Origin: Callorhinchus milii
Taxonomy: Eukaryota
Assembly: GCF_018977255.1 (NCBI RefSeq)
Contig: NW_024704743.1
Coordinates: forward strand, 7,628,001-7,692,000
Direction of reading: 5' to 3'
Length of the DNA stretch: 64,000 nucleotides
The notes beneath the pieces were generated by a model. It was given only the letters and a program-made list of their open reading frames with translations. It did not search any database and was not told the DNA's origin. Of the stretch, positions 39,291 to 51,380 are shown piece by piece. The position numbers and the translations under genes were made by a program. Each line of letters begins with the position of its first letter. Within the stretch, counting starts at the first letter, position 1.

Positions 39291-40464
39291 TGTCATTGTG
39301 AGCACTGTCTGGCAGCCTCCTGAAGAAGTAGAAAATGCAATCAAAGCTTTTTTTGTATTCAATTCCAAGAAAGTTTTTTTGTCTCATATTAAAATTTTTC
39401 CTTGTCACTTTTTTCTCCCACCCTATTTTCTCTATCCACTCCAGTAGATATCTTGAGTATAGTTCTGTGGGTTGCCAGTTGCTTTCTAATATCTTGCAAC
39501 AGGAGAAATGAGTCACAAATTCTAATATACATCTTAAGAGGGGATTGTTCCTTTCACATTTTGCACTAATCTCCTTTTGGAAATCTTCAAAGCAGTGGAG
39601 TTCTGTGGCACTGACAATCTTAAGGTCATCTTTCATTCAAGGCTTTTACACACAGTGATTGTAAATGCAATAATGGAGGCTATAGGAAATAATGCAAATG
39701 TTTGCAAGAGTCACTAAGGTTAGAGGCATGACTCGGGCTCAGTATTTCATGGTCACTAAAGGAAATTAAGCGGTGCCGTCCCGGTTTGCTTATTCTCTCT
39801 CTCTCTCTCTCTCTTGACGTGTGCACTCGGGAGCAACTTGTTTTAAACAAAGAAATTTTAAGCACTGGGCAGTAGGTGGAACTAGACACGTGTGGTGCAT
39901 AGTACTGGAGGATCTTCAGTCTGCTGCCAAGTTGTACTGGCATCAGTCCAGGACCTCATCTGTGTGCCAAGCTACATAATAAAATAGTTCTCAGCATTAG
40001 GAGAGGGTGGTGTCTAATGCCCATGGATTTCCAATGAGGTTCCTTAATAAGGAAACCAGAATCACAACACACCAATTTACAGGAACACCTCTCCACTGCT
40101 TGTAGGATGACATCATGTACTGCTGGTTTTCTTATTAAGGAATCCTGTTGCAAATACCCACAGATCTGATCCCAGTAACTGTTGTTTCAGAAAATGTGCC
40201 GTTTATAACTATAGGGGGGCTTCAGCAACAAGGTGGAGGGAAGCTGGAAGCTTATTGAGAGCAACAAATGGAAGCTTCGGAGAGAAAAAGTCTCCCATCC
40301 TGGAATCCACCTGACTGGCTTTATCCCTCTCCCCGTTCAATGCATAAGGACTTTGAACTCATATAGTCTAGGCTGACACTCCAATAGAGTGCTGGGGAGG
40401 GTGTTGTACGATTGGAGATACTATTCCTTCAGATGAGATGTTACACTCTATCTGTTCAGATGTT

Positions 40465-40860
40465 AAACAACAAGAATTTACACTTGTATAGCTCCCCCTA
40501 CGCAGGGTAGCATCTGAGAGCACTTAACAGTGGCGGAGCCTGACTCCGAGCTTCTGGGTGGCGGTTGGCTGTATCTGTAAGGATGATTGAAGAGGAAGGT
40601 TTTCAGGCGGGACTTGAAAAAGGGGCGAGGAGGGGGGCAAGGCAGAGGGATTTAGGGAGAGTGTTCAAGAGTTTCGGGGCATAGTGGCTGAAAGTGCGAC
40701 CTCCGATGGTGGGGCAGAAGGTGTGAGGGACGAGCAGGATGCCGGTGCCAATCGAGCGGAGGTGCCGGGTGGTGGATTGGGGAGCGAAGAGGTCGGAGAG
40801 GTAGGGAGGTGCCAGAGAGTGAAGGGATTTGAACACGAGTGAGGATCTTGAAGTAGATCC
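40465..40860 (-). mobile_element. L2 3' end relic
   Basis: FKSLHSLAPPYLSDL...TIGGRTFSHYAPKL.N.LP plus tail. Confidence 0.88.
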
Positions 40861-41839
40861 CTCAGTACTGTTAAAAAGGAGAAGGGAATTTCTCCTGGTG
40901 TCCTGATCAACAATCCCCCGGATAAAAATTGATCATTTATTTGTTGATGAATTAAAAACCAAAACAACTTTTTTTTAGTAACAGTATCTAGCAGAGAAGA
41001 GAGAAGACATACATCAGTCTCAGTTCTGTTTAGTACTCCAATTGTGTCCTGGTTTTCAAAGCTGCTTGCACACACCCAGTAAGCACTTTGAAACTTTTTC
41101 TGTTTTGTCTTGTGTGGGGGCAGGGGGGGGGAAATCGATTGCTTAAAATCAGCTTAAAATGATTTTATTTTTCTTCCCATCCTGTACTAAAAGCCAATTC
41201 AGTGACTGCAGGTAAACTTCCTGACTTGCAAAATGTTCCAAAGAAAGCAATTTTGTGCCCAGTACGTTTAAATCTGCCTTCTTCATCTCTCCTGCTACAC
41301 TGTGACTTTTGCCCCAAATTACAAATCGTAAACACTTGCCACAAAGTAAACGACCGCTTTATTTCTATTCCACTAAATACCTCAAGATTTAGACAATGTA
41401 GTGATGTAACATAAGGGACCCAGATCTCCAGCTTCATTTTGTCAAGAAGCTGCTGACCAAACATTGCCTTGTGTTTGTCTCACCGAGCACATCTATTACT
41501 AAGGATATTACCACGCGGGAACTATATAGTTCCCCTGTAAGCCGTGTTTACACTTGACCACAGCATGTGCTAGAGAGAGGGCACTCTGAGCCCATTTCCT
41601 TAATCTGTAATTGTGCAGTTATTGGTGGCTGAGTGCCATTGATTAGTCCAGGCATCGTCCTGTCCTTTAGTTCTGGATGGAGACTCAGAAGATACAAAGG
41701 GAAGGAGTAATGCTTCAAAACAACCCAGCAAAACTACTATGAGAATCTAAAACCTCATTGTGATAGATTAGGTGAGTCATACACAAGGTGTTTATGTCAA
41801 TAATGTACTTACATTATCAGTATATTAGATTATCAATGT

Positions 41840-42860
41840 AATTCGCCCACAAATATACGGTCAATTCATTTTCCAGTCTATTCTGTGAAGCGCTTTGAGA
41901 CGTTGAGAAGACGTGAAAAGCACTATATCAATGCAAGGATTATTATTATTTAATGAATATAATTACTCCACAAGCCTCTGTTTACCTCGCAGTAAGTAGG
42001 AACCCGGTTGCTAGTCCATTGGCGGATCGCTTTTCCGGGAGTAATAATCCCTTCAAAACAAAGTTTAAAAACATAATAATTTAGTCACTCAATTCAGGAC
42101 TGTTTGTGGGACATGGCTGTGAGCAATTGGCTGCCACGTTTTGCCCACAAAAATACAGTCAGTTCACTTTACTGTATATTCTGTGAAGCGCTTTGAGATG
42201 CCTTGAAGATGTGGTAAGGCCCTTTTTTAAGCACAAGGATTATTATAATATAAAAAACCTTATCAAACATATTGTGCTTCATGTAATGAGCTACTTTAAG
42301 GGATAGTAACTGTTGTAAGTAAACAAACAGTTAATTGGCACCAACAATGCCCCACAAATAGCCATAAAAATGAGGAACAAAGTGGTCTGGCTTTCAGGCA
42401 ACTTTACTCCTGATCTTTATACCTAGTTCTGTTGTGGATATCTAGGTAGCAGCTGACTGAGGGTAGAAACGTGGTGTCAGTGGGTAATTTTCTTGGAGTC
42501 CTTAGCTCAGTGGTTAGAGCACTCGCCTCACAAGCTAGAGACATGGGTTCGATTCTGGCAGGGTGAAATATTGGGCAAGTTTCCTTACTCCACACGCCTC
42601 TGTTTATCTAGCAGTAATAGGAACCCAGTTGTTAGTCGATTGGCAGATCTCTTTTTCGGGGGTAATAATTCCTTAAAAAATAATAAGTTTGGTCACTCAA
42701 TCCACAACTGTTTGTGCGACACTGCTGTGCATAATTGGCTGCAACGTTTTCCCCACAAAATATACAATCAATTCACTTTACAGTATATTCTATGAAGTGC
42801 TTTGAGATGTCTCAAAGACGGGATAAGGCACTATATATCAAATGCAAGGATTATTATTGT
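41840..42860 (+). mobile_element. Cluster of three tRNA-SINE pieces (41840-41950, 41965-42250, full-length long form 42495-42860)
   Basis: Repeated body and tail motifs; head GGAGTCCTTAGCTCAGTGGTTAGAGC at 42495. Confidence 0.88.
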
Positions 42861-44384
42861 TGATAAGGTTCCACTTGTGCACAGAGCATAAAGCTCCCAC
42901 CACCACCAGGTGCTGAGCAGTATCTGGCCATTTAGAGAGGGGCTTTTATCGGTTGAAAGAGTTAAGCCATCGGGGTCTTAAAGTAGGTCTCTTTGTCATT
43001 ATGAGATGCATAGTGTGGGAGACGGAAGCTTGGGGAGTGTGGGAGACTCAGCTGGGAGAGAGCAGAAATAATATTTCCCCTGGAGCCCTTTGTGTGCATA
43101 TTTAGTGCATTTATATCCCCAATTTAAGAACCAGTTCAGTTAGAAGAGATGCTGCATAATTCACCTTATTTGCACCATGGGAAGGGAGGTTTTCATAGCA
43201 AAGCAGAAGCAACTTGTGCATGTGCAGTTGGTTGAATGGCGATATTTGCAACGGGTTTCTGGCTGACTGACTTTCTCTGATATTCCACACAGGCCAGTAA
43301 ATAAGAAGCACTGGCCTGTGGAGGATGCTCATCTTGCTCACAGCCGGAACGTGATAGTGGCCCGAGGCACTGTTTACATTGCTGCTTGTGGTGTTGCTGT
43401 CTCCAGAGGCGCCACAAAAAACCTCATCAGCTGGATCTCAGCATCTTTGAAGACAGGATTGTCACTAGAGACAGGGCTGCTGTTGGCATCAACAACGCTG
43501 CAAAATAAATGTAACATTACCTTACTTCAAAAGCTTCAGAAACAACAACACTGTTGGCTAGAAAGCAAGAAAGTTTCCTATTTTGATAAATAAATGTAAA
43601 GTGTATCTGTCTTGGTTTGAGTTTTATTGCCCATTTGGTCAGTCTCAAGCTTTCCATCATTCGAGATCCCATGCCCCGCTGTGTTTAAATTGCATTGATA
43701 CTAGTTGTCTTCCTGGGTAGTGTGTGAAGCGTCTGCCTTACTGCACTTCATCTTTGTCTGCAGCCAAACAAATCAGTCAGAACATCAGTGTGTTTGCACT
43801 GATTGATTAGTCTGCTTCCGAATCACTGACTACAAAGTATTGTGCAATGTGAATAACTAGCTGATTCCAGAGCCAAAGCTGATAATGTGGCTCTGTTAAT
43901 TCATTACTGTGTTTGCTTTGAGTGAAGCCAATATCTTACACAAATTGGCTTGCCCTTTGTAATCTAAATCAGTATTGAAGAGATGGAGTATTGATCAAAG
44001 TTGATACTTAAGTGGCTACAAACACTCAAAGGCAGAATCCACAATATTGCTGTGTGCTGTCATTTAAAGAAACTGTAAGAAAATTGAACTGTAGGCTAAC
44101 ACAGCAATTTACAGAATCATTACAAGTGATTTACAAAACAAACGGTCTTGTATTCCTTAAACATCCTCCAAACATGATAGAATGAGTTCCTCACGGGTAC
44201 TGAATATTGGAAATTCTTCCAAGGAATCCTTTGGTTAAGGTGGTAACTGGAATCGTGACTGTGATTTCCTGGTTCCTGCAATGTGTATATGGGGGTGGTG
44301 GTGGGGTAAGCTGTGGGATTGGGGTGGTACTCACTATTGACATTTTCTTCTATGCTTCTATACCGTTGCAGAAACTTCATAAAT

Positions 44385-44690
44385 ATTAGGAAGGACCAGA
44401 GGACACGGCCTGCGATTGAAGGGGCTAAATTCAGAACAAATCTATTACAAATACCATTTCAGTGAGCAAATAGTGAACCTATGAAACAGGCTCCCTAGAA
44501 AGACGGTTGATGCAGGAAGTGTTGATTCTTTCAAACACAGATTAGATAGTTTTCTTTTAGGAAATAACATTATGGGAAATAGTATATAGGTAGTGCAGGA
44601 CATATGTGAATGCGACTGCCAGAAAAGGTGGAAGGCGAACTAGATGGACCTTGGTCTTTTTTCGTCTAGCATTTCTTATGTTCTTATTAG
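44385..44690 (+). mobile_element. CR1 3' end relic
   Basis: GGACCAGAGGACACGG...AAATTCAGAAC...GATGGACCTTGGTCTTTTTTCGTC...TTCTTATGTTCTTA. Confidence 0.75.
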
Positions 44691-46482
44691 CTGTTGGTGA
44701 GCTAAAATGCAATTTAGGAGGAACTACTTCATACAGACGGTAGTGAGATTGTGGAAATGTGGCTAAATAAGATAGTAGAATCATAGAAGCACAATTGAGT
44801 ATCTCCACCTTTGATTGTTCCTTCTCCCTTTCCATAACTACTCTATAAATACATTTGCGAGATACACACAAGGAGAAGGAAATAGAAGAGTATGGGATGG
44901 AATAAAGAGTGTGGAGACTGGTGGAGTATAAGTACCGACACGGACTAGTTGGGCTGAATGGCATATTTCTGTGCTGTACAATCTATGTATAAATGTTTAT
45001 TCATATACAATTTTATAATCTATTTTATCTTGTACAATCCTAATGCACCAATAAAATTGGTCACTCAATCCATGGCTGGTTTGTGGGACATTGCTTTGCA
45101 CAAATTGCCTGCCGCATTCTCCCACAAAATACACAGTTAATCCACTTTACAGGATATCATGTGAAGAGCTTTGCGATGTCTCGACTTGATAAGGAGCTGT
45201 ACCAAAAGCTAGGATTATTATTATTTACTCCAGATCTCACACAGATGGATTGTATCCTGAGCAGTACTTGGCTCACAGCCTAGTGTGGTACATGCAGATG
45301 TATGTTTGCGGCTTGTGGTATTATGGATCTCCCGAGCTCCTGCTTTCTGCTGGTTCAGCTACCCACTCACATGGACACATAGGCAATGACAGTACGGTTT
45401 GGATTCATGGGAAGAGATGTACCTTTAGTTGGGATTGTGCTGAAATCCAGGTCACGTTACTAAATCCATTGAGTGGGGAATTTTGCTGGTATTCAGGCAG
45501 CCTTTAGGGATCAAGCCCTTCTATAAACCTAATTAACACCGCTCCCCTGCAACAGGAGGTGAGGATGGATGTCTTGGAAACAGGTACAAGGTCCATTGCC
45601 CTGTCAGTGGGTTTTTAGCCAAATGTATGTATCGGTTTCTGTTAGCAATTGCAGGAGGGTATCTGATGGTTTTTTTCTGAGGGGAAAGGTGTTTGGTGAG
45701 TCAATGGAGGAATTGCTGGAGGATTTTAAGTTGCAGTAGTCGTGAATCTGGACTGTTCAGGACGTGGCACCTGGTTGGGGGGTGGAAGGGTCTATTATTG
45801 CAAGCAATCTGGACCCTTCTACAGGTTGTGGCAGGGACAAAGCCGACTTGTTGAGGTTCTGGTGAGGACAGTGAGCTAGTTGCTGCTGACATCCATCATG
45901 CAGTGACTCTTGCTATAAAATTTCACTAAGGAGAAATGGAAGGCCATCTGTTTGAGCTTCGGGGCCCGTTAAGAGTATTATTTCAGATGTGAAGTTTTAA
46001 AATAATTGCATTTGGGGGAGGCTCTTAACTTTCAAAGGACACCACCATATATAGTGTTTGTTACATCGTAACCAGTGAAGGCATCTTCCAGTGGGTTTTC
46101 ATTGTAGCACTGAGTTACCATTTTGCTTTCGCCTCAACCAACTCCTATGGATTCGTTCATCTTTCTGGGGATTTAAGCTCCAAACGCAGAGCAAGTATCC
46201 ATTTTTTTTGGTGGTTGCATAGTTTGGCAATTAATCATTGCTAAGAGCTCCAGCTATTTCCTGTGAGATGTTTTTCTACTTCAGCACAGATTTCCTAATT
46301 TCTGTGTACTCCGCACTGCTGCAGGGATCAGGGAGGAACTAGTCTTAGTGCCATAACTAATATTCTTACATGGAACTATTTAACTTCTTCAGCTCTTCAG
46401 TGCAGTACAACCTGAATCCTGGATGATACTTTTCTTTATACAAGAGTTGTCTAGTACAATAACTGTGGTATTGTTGCTGACC

Positions 46483-46620
46483 GTGAGTGAGTCACTAGAT
46501 GGACGAATTAACTGCGTGAGTGAGCCTCTATATGGACGAGCTAACTGTGAGTGAGCCTCTATATGGACGAGCTAACTGTGAGTGAGCCTCTATTTCAACT
46601 AACTAACTGTGAGCGAGCCA
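46483..46620. repeat. 31-bp minisatellite, about 4.5 copies (GTGAGTGAGCCTCTATATGGACGAGCTAACT)
   Basis: Two perfect internal copies with degenerate outer copies. Confidence 0.9.
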
Positions 46621-47029
46621 CTCCTCTGTATGAACAAACTGTAAATGCACGTTGATTTTGCTCTGATGCAAAGAAACAATAAGTATCAAGAAGAGAGTAA
46701 ACCCAGATGAATTGTGTTTCCACAGTGCAGACTATTCTGATACATTGTTGTGCTTTTCTAACTTATTTCGCAATAATGCCACTCCATTCCCTTCGTTTTC
46801 ACTGCGCAATTAAAACTCGCTTTGTTTATGACACAAGTTTGCTTCCAACTAGGTTTGGGTGTGGACCCCGAGAAATACGGTCTGAAATCCCAAAGACCGG
46901 TTGGCTCGCTTGAAAAGCCACCTGAGATCCTGCATGTTAAACAATAGCTGACTTTCAAATCACCACCAGCGTCACTTCTGTATGAAGTGACATGGAGAAC
47001 TTCCCAATGACTTAGAAATCTACCGCACT

Positions 47030-47300
47030 GCTTCACGTTCCCCTTGCCCTACTCGCCCCACCATAGGCAGTTGGAGCATTCAGCTTCTCTGCCCTCACTC
47101 TCTGGACCTTCATCCCGGAGTCCTTCCGACTCGCTCCTTCGCTCGCCTCCTCCCATACCTTGTTCAAGAATTACCTCTTAGACCACGCTTTCAGTCATCT
47201 TTCCTCTCCTTAAACTCACCCTCCCCCCCCACCCCATGATGCTCACCCTCATGTTCCCAATGTGAAAGGTCCTATGTTAATGTAAATTTGTATCGTGTTG
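47030..47300 (+). mobile_element. L2 3' end relic
   Basis: CCCACCATAGGCAGTTGGAGCATTCAGC...CTCTGGACC...TACCTCTTAGACCACGC. Confidence 0.75.
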
Positions 47301-47464
47301 CGAATGGCACATTTTTCATGTGCACAAGAAGTGTTTCTGGCAATGACCTAGAAATTGTCTTTTTTTTTTGGTTGTGGGAAGCTGCGAGCACACTTGTGTG
47401 CAGTGCAGAGGCTGCGGAAGTGCTGACGGACGATCGCATCCTGGCTTAGACCTGGTTGGAATTA

Positions 47465-47765
47465 CAGTAAATCCCCCGTTTTACTGGACTCCGGGTATCG
47501 GGATTTATACCCAGGCGGACTGGGCCCCAAATCAATTTTTTAAAACAATATTTTCCAGTCCAGCATGTACCACCACTAGCTGCACCTCGCCTTTCTTGCT
47601 GCCCTTCAGTGAGCCAGCGATATTGATTTTGACCCAGTTTGTATCCCGCGAGCAGAGAGAGCGTAGCTCATTCGCTATGTTCGCCTCTCGGGATACACGT
47701 AATTACAATGCCGGGATCGACATTTACCCGCATTCTCGGTCATGATAAAAGCCGGGGAGTGACGG
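47465..47765. mobile_element. Tigger/pogo-like non-autonomous DNA transposon relic (CpG-rich)
   Basis: TA|CAGTAAATCCCCCGTTTTA ... TAAAAGCCGGGGAGTGACGG|TA: degenerate TIRs flanked by TA. Confidence 0.5.
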
Positions 47766-48059
47766 TATCGCCATTGTAATTGCACTTAGCCAGAAATTCC
47801 ATTCAGTCGGGCATTCATACTGTTAGAATGTGTGGGGTTATAGCTCTGCATTGCAGCCGTGAATGGTGCCCGTTTCCCACTTATCTGAATTGGTAAACAC
47901 CAGTACTCTTTGTACAGGGTGTTCAGACATCAATCTGTTCCATCACAAATTCTCCCAAGAGAGTAACAGGCCGAGGGTGAGGGTTGATTGTACTGAGTTG
48001 ACAAATTGATGCCTGCTACGGCAAGGTTCCAGGTCAGGTAGTTACAGTGATTAGCTTAG

Positions 48060-48384
48060 TAATAATAATAATAATAATAATCCTTGCATTTCATATAGCG
48101 CTTTTCACGTCGGGCGGACGAACCAAAGCGCTTCACAGAACACACTGTAAAGTGAATTGACTATATTTGTGGGAGAACGCGGCAGCCAATTGCGCACAGC
48201 AATGTCCCACAAACAGTCGTAGATTGAATATGACCAATTTATTATTGTTTTTGGTTTTGGAGGGATTATTATTAGGCGTGTGGAGTAAGGAAACTTGCCC
48301 AAGGTTTCGCCCTCTGCCTGGAATTGAACTCAGGTCTCTCACTTGCAAAGCGAGTGCTCTAACCACTGAGCTACAGGACTCCAC
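48060..48384 (-). mobile_element. Full-length tRNA-SINE, short form
   Basis: Head GTGGAGTCCTGTAGCTCAGTGG and (TTA)n tail. Confidence 0.92.
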
Positions 48385-48819
48385 AGTGGACAGTCCACTT
48401 GACTGTAAAAATCAGGGCTGAAATGGGTCTAAAATGGGGAACGGTCAGCTCAACCCTGCATTCCTTTTTGAAAGCACAGGGCTTGTTTCAAGCTTTCATG
48501 GAGGTCTTTATGTGTTACACAGACGAGGTGTGTGATCAGTGTGCAGAGTTCTACGCTTTCTGTAAACGCACTGAAGATATGCTACACTGCCGAGCAAAGC
48601 ACCGCATTAAACTATGAATTCTCTCTCTCTCACACACACGTGCTCTTAACTGCCTCACAGATACTAACCTGCCTCCCTCAATTCTAATATTTTTACATTC
48701 CTTTCACTTGATACAAAGATGCCTCTTAATGCCATGTGCAATAGATTTATAAAATCCCTGAAACTGAGCATGCCTTTGTACTTTTTGCTTTTTGTTGGTT
48801 CCATTCATAGTGGAGTGGA

Positions 48820-49406
48820 GTCCTGTAAAGTGAATTAACTGTATTTTTTGGGCGAAACATGGCAGCCATTTGTGAATAGCAGTGTTCCTGACACTTTTTT
48901 TTAAGGGATTATTACCCCCGGAAAAACAATGCGCAATTTGACTAACAGCCAGGTTCCTACTTACTGCTTGGTAAACAGAGATGTGTAGAGTAAGGAAACT
49001 TGCCTAGGGTTTCGCCCCGCCAGGGAATCGGACCCAGGTCCTCTCGCTTGCGAGACAAGTGCTCTACCCACTATGCTACAGGACTCCATAGGATAATAAT
49101 AATCCTTGCATTTGATATAGCGCTTTTCACATCTACTAGACGTCTCAAAACGCTTCACATGATATATTGTAAAGTGAATTGACTGTATATTTGTGGGCAA
49201 AACGCAGCAGCCAATTGCGCACAGCAGTGTCCCACAAACAGTCGTGGATTGAAGTGAACAATTTTATTGTTTTGTTTTTTCATGAGGGATTATTATCAGG
49301 CGTGTGGAGTAAGGAAACTTGCCCAAGGTTTCGCCCTGCCGGGAATCGAACCCAGGTCTCTGGCTTGCAAGGCGAGTGCTCTAACCACTGAGCTACAGGA
49401 CTCCAC
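48820..49406 (-). mobile_element. Two tandem tRNA-SINEs (long form ~48820-49088; short form ~49093-49406)
   Basis: Two heads (ending near 49088 and 49406) and one complete tail. Confidence 0.9.
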
Positions 49407-50051
49407 AATGTGTGTTTAATAGAAACAGCTTCTTTCCACTGCAAAAACAATCCCAGTACTTACGCCCATGTTGAAGGCTTGGTATCCTCTAGGTTAGAAT
49501 TGTGTACTGTAAAGTGCAGTGACTGTGTTTTGTAGGCAAACAGTATCTTGTAGACTCATGTCCAAATTTTATATCTGAGCCCTTGTGGATAAATGGACAT
49601 GCAGATGGACCGTGTTCTGAAGTGTTCTTTTGCACTATATAATATACCGAGTTGGGTGATGTGAAATTCAAGACGTGAAGAAATTAAGGTTACATTAATT
49701 TTGTTTTGGTAACTATTGCACAATGTAAGTGAAGTGAATTTAAGTTTGCGGTTAGTAATTGTGGTAATCTTCCCCAACTAGTTTTAATGTATTTATTGCA
49801 CCTAATGCTGGCTATGTTTCAGGAAAGGGCACTTCCCTTTTTGGAAAGGTCATGAAATGGAATTGGGCAATCCAAAAGGAGGAAGTCTGTTCTTAAATGA
49901 CGTGAATTACCATTTTGAAGCTACTTGACACGGGCATTCCATAAATTAGCTGGGAGTTCTTATTCTCTAAATGCACATTACTGGAAAAAACGGGAATTCT
50001 GACCAGGTCAGGCTCCCCCATCAAGAATTGGAATTCATATAATCTAAGATA

Positions 50052-50308
50052 ATACTCCAGTGCAGTGCTGGAGGTGTGCTGCACTGTTGGAGGTGCCGTC
50101 CTTTGGATGCGATGTTAAACCGAGATCCCGTCTGCCTTTTCAGGTGAATGTTAAACATCCAATGGTATTATTCGAAAGGAGAAATGAGTTTCTCCCAGTG
50201 TCCTGGTCAACAATCCTCCAAGTATTGGGGATGCTGCTGTGTGCAAAATGGCTGCTGCATTCACCCACAAAACACGTAGACACTCCATGTTACAGTATAT
50301 CCTGTGAA
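50052..50308 (+). mobile_element. Deu-domain SINE, truncated at 50308
   Basis: GGAGGTGCCGTCCTTTGGATGCGATGTTAAACCGAGATCCCGTCTGCC...TCTCCCAGTGTCCTGGTCAACAATCC. Confidence 0.85.
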
Positions 50309-50774
50309 ACTGCAACTTCCTCCCTCTTACTCACTGCCTTCCTCTCACTCTACTTTTAAAGCCCACCTCTAGACAACAACAACTTGCATTTATATAGCGC
50401 CCTCTACACAGGGTGGAATGCTCCAGGCTGTCAGTCACCTCAGCACAACCGCTAACTGGTCGTCTTCCCGCCCAATGGGAATGGCAGTGGGAGGGAGGAA
50501 GCTGGGTTAGCTGGGCAATCGAGCCAGGAAGGAAGAAGGAAGTTGAGGAAGGAGGATGATGATGACAGAAAGAGTGGCCAAAGAGACAAGTCTAAGTCAC
50601 TTCCGGCCCTCCACCCGCCCTTCCCCCAGTTCGGAGTCAGGCGCCACCACTGATAAGCGTTCTACACTACCCTGTGTAGAGGGCGCTATATAAATGCAAG
50701 TTGTTGTAGTCTAGAGGTGGGCTTTAAAAGTAGAGTGAGAGGAAGGCAGTGAGTAAGAGGTAGGAAGTTGCAGT
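50309..50774. repeat. Inverted repeat with 106-bp arms (50309-50414 / 50669-50774), 2 mismatches, 254-bp spacer
   Basis: Direct base-by-base comparison of the arms. Confidence 0.95.
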
Positions 50775-50984
50775 GAGTGGGGGTAGAAATGGCTGGAATG
50801 ACTGAATGCAAGCAGAAATGCCTCAGCAATCTAGTTATCTATTTCACCCATGCCAGGTATAGGAATTATTTGCAGTAAAACAAGTTACTGTCTGGGGCCT
50901 TATTTTCCAGCATTCTTTGTAGGAGATATTCTGCTGCCGCAAACAGTCTGTGTGCAATTTTATGAGTCTTTTACGATGAACATA

Positions 50985-51380
50985 TCAATGTCCTCAAACA
51001 GCCACGAAGTAAGTGACAAATTTTATTGAGGGGATTGTTGGTCAAGACACAAGAGACATTCTCTTTTCGAATATTTCCATGGGACAGTCAATTCAATTTA
51101 CAGTATATTCTGTGCAGCACTTTGACATGTCTAGAAGACGTGAAAGGCGCTATTTCAAATGCAAGGATTCTTATTATTATAATATCCACATGAACAAGCA
51201 GACAGGACCTCAGTTTCATGTCTCATCTGGAAGGAATGGCTTCCCCAACAGTGCAATGCTCCCCCCGCCCCCAACACTGTATTGGAGTGTCAGCCTCGAC
51301 TGTGGGTTCAAAGTCAATTACATAGCATTTAAACCCACAACTGGCAGACTCCCAAGGTGAGAGTGCTACCAACTGAGCCT
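50985..51380 (-). mobile_element. Deu-domain SINE with tRNA-like head, interrupted by a plus-strand SINE tail (~51085-51180)
   Basis: Minus strand GGCTCAGTTGGTAGCACTCTC...GATGAGACATGAAACTGAGGTCCTGTCTGC. Confidence 0.75.

Noticed and set aside
46483..46620. 31-bp repeats superficially like a CRISPR array
   Set aside because: Head-to-tail copies with no unique spacers, in a vertebrate context with no cas genes.
49331..49402. tRNA-Ala(TGC)-like cloverleaf on the minus strand (similar heads at ~1040, ~5980, ~42495, ~48380)
   Set aside because: It runs directly into the SINE body and tail, has stem mismatches and lacks a poly-T terminator. These are SINE heads, not tRNA genes.
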